Shown here piece by piece: positions 39,595-49,614 of a stretch of 64,000 bases of DNA (position 1 is its first letter; each line of letters begins with the position of its first letter). This DNA is from an uncultured Nitrososphaerota archaeon. GTDB lineage: Archaea > Thermoproteota > Nitrososphaeria > Nitrososphaerales > Gagatemarchaeaceae. The stretch lies in assembly GCA_963838925.1 (NCBI GenBank), contig CAWISW010000002.1:128001-192000 (forward strand). Direction: 5' to 3'. The notes below the pieces were generated by a model. The model had not been told where the DNA came from and made no database searches. It worked only from the letters and a program-made list of their open reading frames with translations. The position numbers and the translations under genes are program-made.

Positions 39595-42267
39595 AAATCC
39601 AACTCCGGCAAGATGTCGTCGTTCGCGAGCATCCACCTGGTGGGGCTGGGCGGCACCGGGACTAACGTGATCCAAGCACTCATCGAGAGCGACCGGTTCT
39701 TCAAGCTGCTTACGGCGGAGGACTTCAACATCGCGTGCCTCTCTATAGACGTTGCAGACGCCGACATCTCCAACCTCGTGAGCTCCTACAAGGCGACCCA
39801 GGCGAAGCTCGAGGCCGCGGGAGTCTCCGTCGACCGCCTGTGGGTCAGGGGCCTCAACATGAAGTTCAACACCCCCGAGTCTCTCTTCGAGTTCATGGGG
39901 AAGTACAACACATATCTCATGAAGGAGGGGATAGTCGCCACCAACTACAAGCCCTGGGTGCAGTCCTCGATGACCATCCCGCCTCTCGCGGGAGGCGTCG
40001 GGAGGATGAGGGCCCTGAGCAAGGCGGTCTATGCCCTGAACTACTACCACTACAGCGAGCTCAACAGCGCCATCTCGGTCTTCAAAGACCGGGTCCTCAC
40101 CTCAAAGTTCCAGCCGATAGTCGTCCTAGTCTTCGGGCTGGGCGGGGGCACAGGCAGCGGGATGGTCTTCGACTTTGCGAGGCACCTCCGCGCCAAGCTG
40201 GGGTCCTCGGTCCCGATAATGGGCCTCGCTATCCTTCCCAGCGCCGCCGACGACCTCTTGGCGAGAGGTCCTGCGCCCTACAACGCGCTGATGGAGGCAG
40301 AGCTCCTCTTCAACAGAAAGCTCAACGAGCAGGTCGCGAAGAAGTACGGGGCGGCATACACCAACCCCTTCAACTCCTTGTTCTTCGTCCCCCTCGACCC
40401 GGTGTACAACAACAGGAACAACCTGGTCACCGCGAAGAAGGAGCTCGACGAGTCTATCATAGACATCCTGAGCATGTTCATGCGTTTCGACCTCGCAGAC
40501 CTCCTCAGCAGGGTCGGGACCAACAACGACTTCGGTGCCAACTGGGCTCACACCCTCGCCTACCTGCGGATCCGGTACCCCGTCCAGGACTACATCGACT
40601 ACATGCACGAGTACCTCAAGCTGCTCGAGACCCTCGGCTCCTTCATGGACTCCAAGAAGGAAGCCCTCGTGACGATCAACGACGCGATGAAGAACAGGTT
40701 CGCCGCGCTCAAGAACCTCTACCGCAAGAACCTCATCCAGACGAACAACTACCGACCCGACTCCTTCGACTCCGAGGTCGAGGAGGTCATCAGGAGGGCG
40801 GGGAAGTTCGAGGCCGAGTTCAAGAAGCAGGTCAGGGGTCTCGAGGACTTCGCTCTGAACTACAACCAGCGGTGGAGCAAGGTGCTCCAGGCGATGGCCT
40901 TCGGGCCGGAGACCGTCGAGTACAGCGTCATCCAGGGTCTGACGCACTGGCACCAACAGATCTCCAACCTCGGAGCGAACTACGAGCAGTTCCTCAAGGA
41001 CATACCGCTCTACACCTCTGAGCTCGAGAACAGCATCACCGCTAGCAAGTTCCTCACGTCTAGCCAGATACGGCAGATCAGGAGCTACGTCAGCTTCGTC
41101 AACCTGGTCGCGGTGTCCCTCGATACGCTCAACCTCTACATCAGGGCGAAGGGCCTGGCCGACGAAGTGGCGGTACTCTACGCGAAGGACGAGAGCAAGG
41201 AGGGCAGGATGGCGGCGGCGAAGGGAGAGACGGACCTGCTGCCCCTGTACAAGGCCGCTGGGTACATCCTCAACCGCCCCGAGACCGAGATAAAGGTCTC
41301 CGACCAGTACATCCCCGGCATCAGGGTCGTCAAGAAGGGCCTGGACGACTCCTACAGGGAGGCCAGCGCCAGCCTGGAGTCGACGGAGAGGCTACTCGCG
41401 CAGAAGGAGCAGGACGTCGCGAGGCTGAGCAAGGAGATCGACAAGATCAAGCTCGACGTCAGCGGGAAGAAGAAGCTGATCAAGCGCACGCTCGACTCGC
41501 TGCAGAACGAGGTGGAGGCGGTGCGCGTCCAGATAGAGGGACAGAGGCAGGACCGCGACAAGCTGAGGGCGGACCTCGACAAGCTCACCGAGCTGGAGAA
41601 GGCCTTGGAGATCACATCGCCGTACAGGAAGATCCTCGCGAACGTCGTGAACAAGACCACGGAGCTCAACACGCTGATGAGCGGGATAACGAACACCGGC
41701 AGCTACTACGAGAGGGTCGTCGAGCTCAGCGAGGTGGAGCAGGTAAAGATAATGGAGAAGATCCTCCGCGAGGACGAGGAGAGCCTGAAGGGCGACTCCA
41801 TCCTGAAGGAGATAGTCGACAGGGAGAGGTTCCGGAGCATAGTCAAGAGCTACATCCGCATATTCAGCGTCCCCAACTACCCGGGGCTCTCAGACACCTA
41901 CCGGTCGGACCTGATATGGGCGACCGTCGGCATCCCGCCCGGCCTGTGGGACCAGGAGCTGCAAGGCGCGCTCTCGAGCACCCTCAACGTGTATTCGAGC
42001 GTCGAGGCCAGCAAGAGCATCTCCCTGCGGCAGATCCCCCAGATGGACCCCTGGACGATCACCTTCCTCGTAATCATGGCCAAGGCGAGGATCGACCAGA
42101 TAGAGAAGTTCCCGTCGATGAAGAACGACATGGAGGGGGTGCAAAAGTCTGAGAGGCTCCTCTTCAGGAGCTTCCTACTCGAGCAGGGACTGGCGAGCCT
42201 CGACGAGCTAATCGCCAAGTTCGAAGAGAGAAGGGCGGCACAGAACACCAAAGAAAGGGAGGTCTGA
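39589..42267 (+). CDS. Large tubulin/FtsZ-superfamily GTPase with coiled-coil insertion
   Basis: LVGLGGTGTN, SIDV, GGVGRMR, GLGGGTGSG (GGGTGSG at 40141), AILP, YNAL, T7-like FDLAD; heptad region at about 41340-41610. Confidence 0.88.
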   Translation: MSKSNSGKMSSFASIHLVGLGGTGTNVIQALIESDRFFKLLTAEDFNIACLSIDVADADISNLVSSYKATQAKLEAAGVSVDRLWVRGLNMKFNTPESLFEFMGKYNTYLMKEGIVATNYKPWVQSSMTIPPLAGGVGRMRALSKAVYALNYYHYSELNSAISVFKDRVLTSKFQPIVVLVFGLGGGTGSGMVFDFARHLRAKLGSSVPIMGLAILPSAADDLLARGPAPYNALMEAELLFNRKLNEQVAKKYGAAYTNPFNSLFFVPLDPVYNNRNNLVTAKKELDESIIDILSMFMRFDLADLLSRVGTNNDFGANWAHTLAYLRIRYPVQDYIDYMHEYLKLLETLGSFMDSKKEALVTINDAMKNRFAALKNLYRKNLIQTNNYRPDSFDSEVEEVIRRAGKFEAEFKKQVRGLEDFALNYNQRWSKVLQAMAFGPETVEYSVIQGLTHWHQQISNLGANYEQFLKDIPLYTSELENSITASKFLTSSQIRQIRSYVSFVNLVAVSLDTLNLYIRAKGLADEVAVLYAKDESKEGRMAAAKGETDLLPLYKAAGYILNRPETEIKVSDQYIPGIRVVKKGLDDSYREASASLESTERLLAQKEQDVARLSKEIDKIKLDVSGKKKLIKRTLDSLQNEVEAVRVQIEGQRQDRDKLRADLDKLTELEKALEITSPYRKILANVVNKTTELNTLMSGITNTGSYYERVVELSEVEQVKIMEKILREDEESLKGDSILKEIVDRERFRSIVKSYIRIFSVPNYPGLSDTYRSDLIWATVGIPPGLWDQELQGALSSTLNVYSSVEASKSISLRQIPQMDPWTITFLVIMAKARIDQIEKFPSMKNDMEGVQKSERLLFRSFLLEQGLASLDELIAKFEERRAAQNTKEREV

Positions 42268-44528
42268 TGGCCCAGGTTGAGAGCAGGTCAAGGGCAAGGG
42301 TCATTGCCTACACCTCCGCACTAATAATCGCAATCGCCTCGTCGGTCTACCTCGCGGTCGTCCCATTCCTGCCCGCGTCTCCCATCGTCCCGCTCCTGGT
42401 GGGCGTGGCGCTCGGCGGCCTCTCGCTGAGGAACAGAGGGATCTCCATCGCCACCCTCTACCTTCTCGTCTACTTCTCAGTCCTCTGGCAGATGATCGGC
42501 TTCGGGTTCTTCCAGCTCCTCTCAGCGGGCGTCGGCGTCTCAGTCCTGCTCGCCATGGCGGTCCCGCTCCTCCCGTTCATGACGAAGAGGGTCGAGCTGA
42601 GCTCCATGGCGCTCGCGGTCCTGGCCGTCGCGCTCATGCTGACCCCCGCGTACTTCGTCTCCATACCGCTCATCGCCGCGGCGGCTCTGACGTTCGGCGG
42701 CCTGGCGAGCCTCGAGGCCCTCGCCACGACCTTCCTCTTCTTCCTCACCCCCTTCATGCTGCTCGAGAACGCCCTCTACTTCACGACGACGAGCGGCGCG
42801 ACCGCACCCATAATCTTCGGGCAGTTCTCCCTCCTCTCTCAGAACATGAGGCCGCCCCTCCCTGGCCTCAACGTGCTTCTCACCGGCCTTCCCGCTAACT
42901 ACCTGTCCCACTACGCCCTGCCCGTCTCGGGCTGGCTCTCGGAGAGCTCGGGCGTCCTGCTCATACCTCTGTTGATCCTCGGGGTGATCCTCGTCGCCTC
43001 CTCTTCCATGGGGGGTCTCACGCGAACCCTGGTCGAAAGGCTCGAGCGGTCGAGGGAGATGACCGGAAGGGTGAGGCTCGTACTGGCGCCCCTCGTGGTG
43101 GCCGTTGTGACCCCCACCGTCTTCATCGTGCTCCTTACCCTGCTGTCTCGCCCCGAGGCGGGCGGCTTCCAGACCTCGCTCACCGACGACCCGTCGCACC
43201 TTCAGGCGTTCTACATGCTCGGCTCCTCCTTCCTGCTGACCACGTCGTTCATCGGGAGGGAGTCCCTGATACTGAGGCTGGAGAGCGTCCAGGTCGGCAC
43301 CGAGGGGCTCGAGGAGCTGATCGGGAGGTGCCTCGGGAAGATGAAGGAGGTCCAGGAGCTGCTAGACCTGGTCTCGCGCCGGGTCCCGTCGATGAGCCTG
43401 AGCGGGGAGAGGCAGTCGCTCTCAGAGTATGCAACTTACATCGCCGACGTCCGAAGGCAGCTCAAGGGGGCGAGCGGCGCCCTGATAGGGCAGTTCCAGA
43501 CCCAGTTGCAGGCGACCGTCCTCCAGCCCCTGACGCAGCTGCCAGACATCGTCAGGCACAGGGTGGCGAACGAGATCAGAGGGCTCATCTCGGCGACCGC
43601 AACCGCCAACAACCACCTCAAGGAGGCCAACGTCCCCCTCGAGTATCCTGACATCCCTGCCCCGGAAGACGGGGCGAGGCTCGACGACCTGATCGGCGCC
43701 TACGAGGCTGCAGCGTCCGCCGTGAAGGAGGTCACGCTGGAGCTCTCAGACGAGTACGGCCGGGAGTCGACCGCCCTCGACGTGCTCATGGGACAGGAGG
43801 AGGTGAGCCCGCCGGTCAGCGCAGCAGTGCTGATGGAGTCGAACGAGCTCGTCGGCGCAATGAGGCTGGTTGCCGAGGAGTACTGGCTCAACTTCCACCT
43901 CCGATGGGCGGAGCAGGTCGACCAGAAGAAAGCCGCCCTCCTGGCTAGGATGAAGGACCTCGAGGACGCCGTGAGCGAGACGGAGCGGCCCCGCATCGAA
44001 GAGATAGAGAAGACCGTGGAGGCCGCGGAGCCCGCGAGGTCTGTCGCGACTCTCAAGGGCCTCTCGCAACTGCGGACAATGCTTGAGGTCATCGTCTCCC
44101 GCACGTCCTCGGGAGCTGACAGGGTCGGTGCGATGCTCGAGTCGCTAGACCTCAAGTCCGTGAGGACGCTCAGGTTCGAGACCGTGAACCGCCTCACCGA
44201 GGTGGTCGAGCTCAAGAAGAGGCTCGATAACGTAGTGGCAAGCTTCGACAGCCTGACAAAGTTCCTCGACAACGCGACTGGCGTCCTCAAGAGCCAGTCC
44301 GCAGCATGGAAGAGCGACCGCGAGAACCTCGTGGCCCTCGCGCAGTACCCGCTCGCCAAGAAGATAATCCGGTCGATGCTGGAGAACCAGACGACGCTCC
44401 CGTTGGCAAAACTGCCTTACCAGAAGAGGGCTGCGGGCCTCTACGCGCAGCTCTACGCGACCGGGAACCCAGGAGTGGAGTACGACGAGGGCGGGGAGAG
44501 CTTGGTGGTGAAGGAAGAGCATGGCTAG
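42267..44528 (+). CDS. Polytopic membrane protein with a long helical/coiled-coil C-terminal domain
   Basis: About 9-10 TM segments in the first ~330 aa, charged helical remainder; TGATG coupling. Confidence 0.8.
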   Translation: MAQVESRSRARVIAYTSALIIAIASSVYLAVVPFLPASPIVPLLVGVALGGLSLRNRGISIATLYLLVYFSVLWQMIGFGFFQLLSAGVGVSVLLAMAVPLLPFMTKRVELSSMALAVLAVALMLTPAYFVSIPLIAAAALTFGGLASLEALATTFLFFLTPFMLLENALYFTTTSGATAPIIFGQFSLLSQNMRPPLPGLNVLLTGLPANYLSHYALPVSGWLSESSGVLLIPLLILGVILVASSSMGGLTRTLVERLERSREMTGRVRLVLAPLVVAVVTPTVFIVLLTLLSRPEAGGFQTSLTDDPSHLQAFYMLGSSFLLTTSFIGRESLILRLESVQVGTEGLEELIGRCLGKMKEVQELLDLVSRRVPSMSLSGERQSLSEYATYIADVRRQLKGASGALIGQFQTQLQATVLQPLTQLPDIVRHRVANEIRGLISATATANNHLKEANVPLEYPDIPAPEDGARLDDLIGAYEAAASAVKEVTLELSDEYGRESTALDVLMGQEEVSPPVSAAVLMESNELVGAMRLVAEEYWLNFHLRWAEQVDQKKAALLARMKDLEDAVSETERPRIEEIEKTVEAAEPARSVATLKGLSQLRTMLEVIVSRTSSGADRVGAMLESLDLKSVRTLRFETVNRLTEVVELKKRLDNVVASFDSLTKFLDNATGVLKSQSAAWKSDRENLVALAQYPLAKKIIRSMLENQTTLPLAKLPYQKRAAGLYAQLYATGNPGVEYDEGGESLVVKEEHG

Positions 44529-45564
44529 GTGCCCCAACGGCCACGAGCAGCGCCTAGGGCTAAAGTGCGCGATGTGCGGAGCGGAGCTCTCATACAGGGA
44601 GTCCGTCACCGAACTTCGGAACCTGCCAAGGGTCGAGCCGGACTACGGCAAGGTCTCGATACTCACAGTAGGGTACCCGAGGCTCTCCCCCTCGGCCTAC
44701 TACGTCGGCGAGGTCTCCACAGGGCCGACTGACGTCAAGACGGCGACGACCTTCCAGGTGGCCAGCATACGGGGCGGCAGCTGGCGCGACCTCCAGAAGA
44801 AGTACCAGGAGGACCTTCGCAGGTGGATGAAGCTCGTAGGCGTCGACAAGTCCACCGACAGGATAGTGGTCGTGGACACGACGAACCCGCTCTCGGTCCT
44901 CGCCGTCTCAGCCCTCCCGAAGCTCGAGCACACCGCGGTGATCGCGGTCGTGGCCGACCGCGACTCGACCCCGCTCGAGCAGAACACGAGCTACGTCGCC
45001 CTCTCGCTCGCCCTCAACAGCGGCCTTCCGGTCATCGTCCTCTCCGAGACGTTCGAAAGAGAGATGCTCTACTTCACCGAAGACAGGGGGTTCGCGACGC
45101 GCGCCGAGGCCATGTCGAGGCTACTGAGTCCCATGCTCGAAGCGGCAGACGATCTCATGGACCTCCTCGAGAGAGACCTGAAGCTGGGCGTGAGGCTTCA
45201 CTGCCTTTCTGCGATAGTGGCGGGCTCAAAGTCCGTGTACGGGATCGCAACCAACGCGTTCATGGCGCAGAGCTACAACCTCTCAGTAGGGTCCATGCCC
45301 GACGATTGTCAGACCGTCCACTCCCTCGTCTTCTCTGGTGAGGAGACGGAAGGCGAGTTCGAGAAGAGCTTCGGCGTCTTCCGCAACAGGAAGTTCAAGG
45401 GAGCGCTCAGCGCCGAGTTCCGCTTCCACGAGTCCAGGTCGGCGCTGTACGACATGGTGACGCTATACGGGATGGGAGCAGACGCATTCCTCCAGGGCCT
45501 TGCGGACGGCTATCAGGCGATTGCGAAGAGCATGCCCGAGCTCAAAGCGGAAGGGGTGTCCTGA
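44521..45564 (+). CDS. Zn-ribbon plus degenerate tubulin-like domain protein
   Basis: CPNGH..CAMCG; AVIAVVAD..PLEQNTSYVAL..VIVLS resembles the tubulin S5-H5-S6 segment; no GGGTG motif. Confidence 0.65.
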   Translation: MARCPNGHEQRLGLKCAMCGAELSYRESVTELRNLPRVEPDYGKVSILTVGYPRLSPSAYYVGEVSTGPTDVKTATTFQVASIRGGSWRDLQKKYQEDLRRWMKLVGVDKSTDRIVVVDTTNPLSVLAVSALPKLEHTAVIAVVADRDSTPLEQNTSYVALSLALNSGLPVIVLSETFEREMLYFTEDRGFATRAEAMSRLLSPMLEAADDLMDLLERDLKLGVRLHCLSAIVAGSKSVYGIATNAFMAQSYNLSVGSMPDDCQTVHSLVFSGEETEGEFEKSFGVFRNRKFKGALSAEFRFHESRSALYDMVTLYGMGADAFLQGLADGYQAIAKSMPELKAEGVS

Positions 45565-45569
45565 AGCCC

Positions 45570-46346
45570 ATGGCCGAACCGCCTCAAGCCGGGACCCCGC
45601 GAGCCTACAAGCTCGTCTCGGCGACATACCGGGACAAGGCCTATCCTGACGGCATCTTCCTCGTGGACGAGAAGCGTGGCGAGATCGAGCTCAGGCAGTG
45701 GGTGGGCAGGCGGAAGAAGGAACAGGCCCCGGTGGCCAGGTTCCGCTTCGAGCCCACCACGGAGGTGCGGGTGGACGGCCCACTTCTCAAGGTCTCTGAC
45801 CTCGCGATAACCCTCGAATCTCCCGAAGAGGCGGCAGAAGTGGCCGGGCTGCTCCGGAGGCCCGCCCGTGAGCGCGAGGCCTCGAGCGTCCTCTCGGACT
45901 CGGAGTCGGCTGTGAGGAGCTTCCTGGAGTCCAGGGGCGAGGCCATGGCCTTCCTCGCCAAGCTGAAGGCGGAGCCGAGGGAAGCGCTCTTGAGCGCAGA
46001 GTCGTCGTGGCCAGCCGATTACTCGGGTGAGCCGATAGACGCCGTGTACTCTACCTATTCCTCGAGCCTCGCCGTGTCGCTTGAGAAGATGACCTCCTCG
46101 CTTGCGGACGCCGAGAAGAGCCTTGGCCCCGGGGTCACCGGGAGGCTCTACGCGGTCGCTTACACCATCGGGGCCGTGCAGAACTCGCTCTTCGAGGGCG
46201 ACTCCGATCTTGCGCAGGAGCTCGCCGCCCTACAGGAGCTCGGCATCTCTTCCACCGCCCAAGAGTTGCGAGCGGAAGACCCCACGGAGAAGCTGCTTCA
46301 GCGCGCCCACGGATCGCTATCGATCCTCGCCAACGCTCCCGCCTGA
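45570..46346 (+). CDS. Hypothetical protein with a PH-like N-domain and helical C-domain
   Basis: Beta-strand run ending in LESPEEAAEVAGLLR helix; last gene of the operon. Confidence 0.65.
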   Translation: MAEPPQAGTPRAYKLVSATYRDKAYPDGIFLVDEKRGEIELRQWVGRRKKEQAPVARFRFEPTTEVRVDGPLLKVSDLAITLESPEEAAEVAGLLRRPAREREASSVLSDSESAVRSFLESRGEAMAFLAKLKAEPREALLSAESSWPADYSGEPIDAVYSTYSSSLAVSLEKMTSSLADAEKSLGPGVTGRLYAVAYTIGAVQNSLFEGDSDLAQELAALQELGISSTAQELRAEDPTEKLLQRAHGSLSILANAPA

Positions 46347-46388
46347 CCGATGCAGCCCGGAGCCTGGGCCGCGACGCATCTGCAGCGA

Positions 46389-47603
46389 CTACAGGGCCGG
46401 CCTTGCGCCCACCGTGACGAGGACTGTCTTCAACGTCGTGCCCCTCATTATGCCGACGCTGAGGGAGTGCCCGGGAACCGCATACTCCTCGAGGTATGAC
46501 GCCAAGGCGTCGTGGTTCTCGATCCTCGTCCCGTTTATCGAGACGATGACGTCCCCGCCAGTGATGTACGTGTTCCCCTCGACGCTCGCCTGCTTGGTCC
46601 CTGCCTGGATGCCCGCGCTGGCTGCCGGACCTCCCGCCACGACGTTCTCGATCAGGACGCCGTAGGTCACGTTGTTGCCGTTGGCCTGGGCCAGCTGGTA
46701 GAACATGTCCGCCGTGCCTATCCCTAGGTACGGGTGCATGCTGAATGTCCCGGTCGTGATCAAGGAGGAGAGCTCCCTTGAAACCGCGTCCGAGGGAATG
46801 GCGAACCCGACCCCCTGGGAGCCGTTGACGGTGGCCGTGGTGAGCCCTATCACTTGCCCGTTCACGTTGAAGAGGGGGCCCCCGGAGTTCCCCGGGTTGA
46901 TGGGCGCGCTGAACTGGATGACGTCAGCAATCGAGTAGTTCCCAGACGTGGTCTCGCTGATGGTCCTCCCCAGCTGGCTGACCACTCCGACCGTGAGCGA
47001 GCCGGAGAGGCCGAAGGGGTTCCCTATCGCCGCGACGGGGTCCCCCACGTGGACCGCAGAGGACGAGGAGAGGGTGAGGGGGTGAAACTCGGACGCGGGT
47101 GCGTTGGGGACCTTGACGACCGCGAGGTCGCTGTAGGGGTCGGTCCCTACCACCGACGCCGGATACGCGTTCCCGTCCCAGAAGATGACCGTCATGTTGG
47201 TCGCGCCATCGACCACGTGGAAGTTGGTCACTACGTAGTCCGCGCCGTTGTAGGTCATGACGAACCCCGACCCGAGGACCTCCTCGGTGACCGGGACGCT
47301 GTAGAACCCGTTGCTCACTGTCGTGGAGACGAACCCGTCCACGGTGACGACGCTCCCGTTCGAGTCCTTGTAGATCTGGACCGCGTCTATCGAGGCAGCG
47401 GTCGACCCGGTGACGGCCGCGCCGCCTCCTGTGACGGTGGTGGTGGAGACAGACGTGGACGTAACCGTGTTGGTGGCCGCGGAGGCCGCGTGTCCTCCCA
47501 CGACGTAGTACGACGCCCCAGCGCCCAGCCCGGCTGCCAGAATCAACAGGATCGCGATTGCGGCGATCCTCTTAGCCCCAAGACCTTGAGAAGGATAATC
47601 CAT
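46389..47603 (-). CDS. HtrA/DegP family serine protease with PDZ domain
   Basis: GSGF, TNFHVV, SDLAV, INPGNSGGPL; N-terminal TM. Confidence 0.94.
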   Translation of the reverse strand: MDYPSQGLGAKRIAAIAILLILAAGLGAGASYYVVGGHAASAATNTVTSTSVSTTTVTGGGAAVTGSTAASIDAVQIYKDSNGSVVTVDGFVSTTVSNGFYSVPVTEEVLGSGFVMTYNGADYVVTNFHVVDGATNMTVIFWDGNAYPASVVGTDPYSDLAVVKVPNAPASEFHPLTLSSSSAVHVGDPVAAIGNPFGLSGSLTVGVVSQLGRTISETTSGNYSIADVIQFSAPINPGNSGGPLFNVNGQVIGLTTATVNGSQGVGFAIPSDAVSRELSSLITTGTFSMHPYLGIGTADMFYQLAQANGNNVTYGVLIENVVAGGPAASAGIQAGTKQASVEGNTYITGGDVIVSINGTRIENHDALASYLEEYAVPGHSLSVGIMRGTTLKTVLVTVGARPAL

Positions 47604-47724
47604 GCTCTACCAGAACCTCTGTGTCTTGGGGCATCTCGCCTCGGGACTTTAATAATCCGATTGGTGCATCTCTCTATCCTACCGGAGCCAGGACTTCACG
47701 CTCGCTAAGAAGAGCCCTCGGGCC

Positions 47725-48123
47725 TTATGCCTCGAGCGGTCCCAGCACCAGTATGGCAAAGAGCAACATCCCGAGCACCAGCAGGGTCACGCCCACGTAC
47801 AGCATGTCCCTCTCCCTGAGAAACAGGATGACCGACGCAGCCACGCGCACGAGCGGCGTCGCGAGGAGGGTCAGGGTGCCGAGCTGTAGTATGCCTACGG
47901 CGCTCCCGTGGGCGATACCCGCTAACCAAGCCGAGGGCGTGAGCGTGGGCCCGCCGAACTTGGCGGCGATCGTCCCTTGGAGGGTGCTGGGCGCCCCCGC
48001 TGGAGGCGCAGCTAACAAGAGAACCAGGCCGATGGCTAAGACCGCCGAGCTCAGGACTATCCCGTACCTCAGAATCTTTCCGATGGTGTCGTTGAGGTCG
48101 TCCTCGGGACGCCTGACCGTCAA
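47725..48123 (-). CDS. DUF1634 family membrane protein
   Basis: ILRYG, LLATPLVRV; adjacent to TauE. Confidence 0.8.
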   Translation of the reverse strand: MTVRRPEDDLNDTIGKILRYGIVLSSAVLAIGLVLLLAAPPAGAPSTLQGTIAAKFGGPTLTPSAWLAGIAHGSAVGILQLGTLTLLATPLVRVAASVILFLRERDMLYVGVTLLVLGMLLFAILVLGPLEA

Positions 48124-48986
48124 TGAGGTATCCCCATGTATATCATCTCGGCCCCGAAGACTAGCAGGATAATGATGAAGAGGACCCGGATTGAGGCCGG
48201 CTTAGACCTCACGAGCACCTTCGTCCCCGAAAGCGAGCCGACCACCACGCCCAGGGCCACGGGTGCCGCCAGGAGGACGTTGATGTACCCGCTGACGTAG
48301 AGGATCCCCGTGCTCGCCGTCGCGGTGACTCCTATCATGAAGTTGCTCGTGGTGGTCGAGACCTTGAAGGGGAGCCTCATCATCGTGTCCATTCCCAGGA
48401 CCTTCAGGACGCCGCCCCCTACCCCCAGGAGCCCGGACATGAGCCCCGCGAAGAAGATCACGACGAATCCGGCGGGGACCCTCGTCGCTATGTAGCTCAC
48501 CTTCTCGTTCAGGGACTTGTCGTCGTACTCCCCGCGGAGCCTGAACCTCTCGGCGAGGGAGTTTGACGCAGTGTTCACCATTGACTCTCCCCTCTGCTCC
48601 ATCCTTGCGTTGACGAGGACGCTGTAGGCCGAGGAGAACAGCACGAGCCCGAAGACTATGAAGATTATCCAGCTCAGGCCGCTCCTGACGAAGTAGATCG
48701 TTGTTACGACCCCGAAGATGGACCCGAGCACCGACCCCATCTCCAAGAACATCCCTATCCGCAGGTTGGTTATCCTGTCCCTCACGTACGCGGATGCCGA
48801 CCCGCTCGACGTCGCGATTGTGGAGATTATACTGGCACCGATGGCGTACTCTATCGGGACGCCGAAGCCTATCGTGAGCGCGGGCACGACGAGGATGCCC
48901 CCGCCGACTCCCACCATCGACCCGATGAGGCCCGCGAGGATCGCGATGAGGAACATCAGGAGGAGGTACTCGTCGATTCCTATCAC
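48120..48986 (-). CDS. TauE/SafE family exporter
   Basis: GVGGGILVVP, ATSSGS, GLLGVGGG, STTTSNFMIGVT. Confidence 0.9.
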   Translation of the reverse strand: MIGIDEYLLLMFLIAILAGLIGSMVGVGGGILVVPALTIGFGVPIEYAIGASIISTIATSSGSASAYVRDRITNLRIGMFLEMGSVLGSIFGVVTTIYFVRSGLSWIIFIVFGLVLFSSAYSVLVNARMEQRGESMVNTASNSLAERFRLRGEYDDKSLNEKVSYIATRVPAGFVVIFFAGLMSGLLGVGGGVLKVLGMDTMMRLPFKVSTTTSNFMIGVTATASTGILYVSGYINVLLAAPVALGVVVGSLSGTKVLVRSKPASIRVLFIIILLVFGAEMIYMGIPH

Positions 48987-49060
48987 GAGAGGTCGTGCTC
49001 ATCTCGGCCTCACCGTAAATAAGCCTGAGCAGGCCGCGCCCCTCCCGAGGCGAGGGCTCT

Positions 49061-49360
49061 CTAGATCACTTCGATCGACGACTCGGAGAAGCCGCGCTTC
49101 ACGAGTATCTCGACGACCCTGTCCCTGTGGTCGCCCTGCAGCAGGACGATGCCGTCCTTGACGGTCCCGCCCGTGGCGAGCATCTTCTTCATCTTGGTCC
49201 CGAGCTCTTGAAGGTCCTTCTCGTTCATCTTGAGGCCCTCGATCACAGTGGTGGGCTTCCTGAACCTGCGCATCTCCATCCTAACCTTGACACGCGCCTC
49301 TTCGCGGTCGAGCTCTGCGACTATGTCGTCAAAGCCCTCTTCTTCGTCCGAGCTACTCAC
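49061..49360 (-). CDS. Translation initiation factor aIF-1 (SUI1)
   Basis: RRFRKPTTVIEG, ATGGTVKDG, LQGDHR. Confidence 0.93.
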   Translation of the reverse strand: MSSSDEEEGFDDIVAELDREEARVKVRMEMRRFRKPTTVIEGLKMNEKDLQELGTKMKKMLATGGTVKDGIVLLQGDHRDRVVEILVKRGFSESSIEVI

Positions 49361-49502
49361 TTGTGAATCACGGTATATCTCATTCTCCTATTAAGACTTA
49401 GCAGTGATCGGTAGCGGACGAGGGCGGTATCGCGGACCGGCCCCAAACGCCTCAGGGACGTTATTCGCTTATTAACGGCAAGTCGGCTCGGTCCTCCGAG
49501 TC

Positions 49503-49614
49503 GGGCCCGTAGCTCAGAGGTTGGAAAACAACTGGGCAGTCTGGTCAGAGCGACCGGCTCATACCAGCAATGGGAGACACCGGTCGGTCGCCGGTCCGAA
49601 TCCGGCCGGGCCCA
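49503..49614 (+). tRNA. tRNA with CAT anticodon (probably Ile2, possibly Met), two introns: 49518-49539 (15/16) and 49564-49578 (37/38)
   Basis: GGGCCCG/CGGGCCC acceptor, ACCGG-CTCATAA-CCGGT after splicing, GCCGG-TCCGAAT-CCGGC. Confidence 0.9.
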
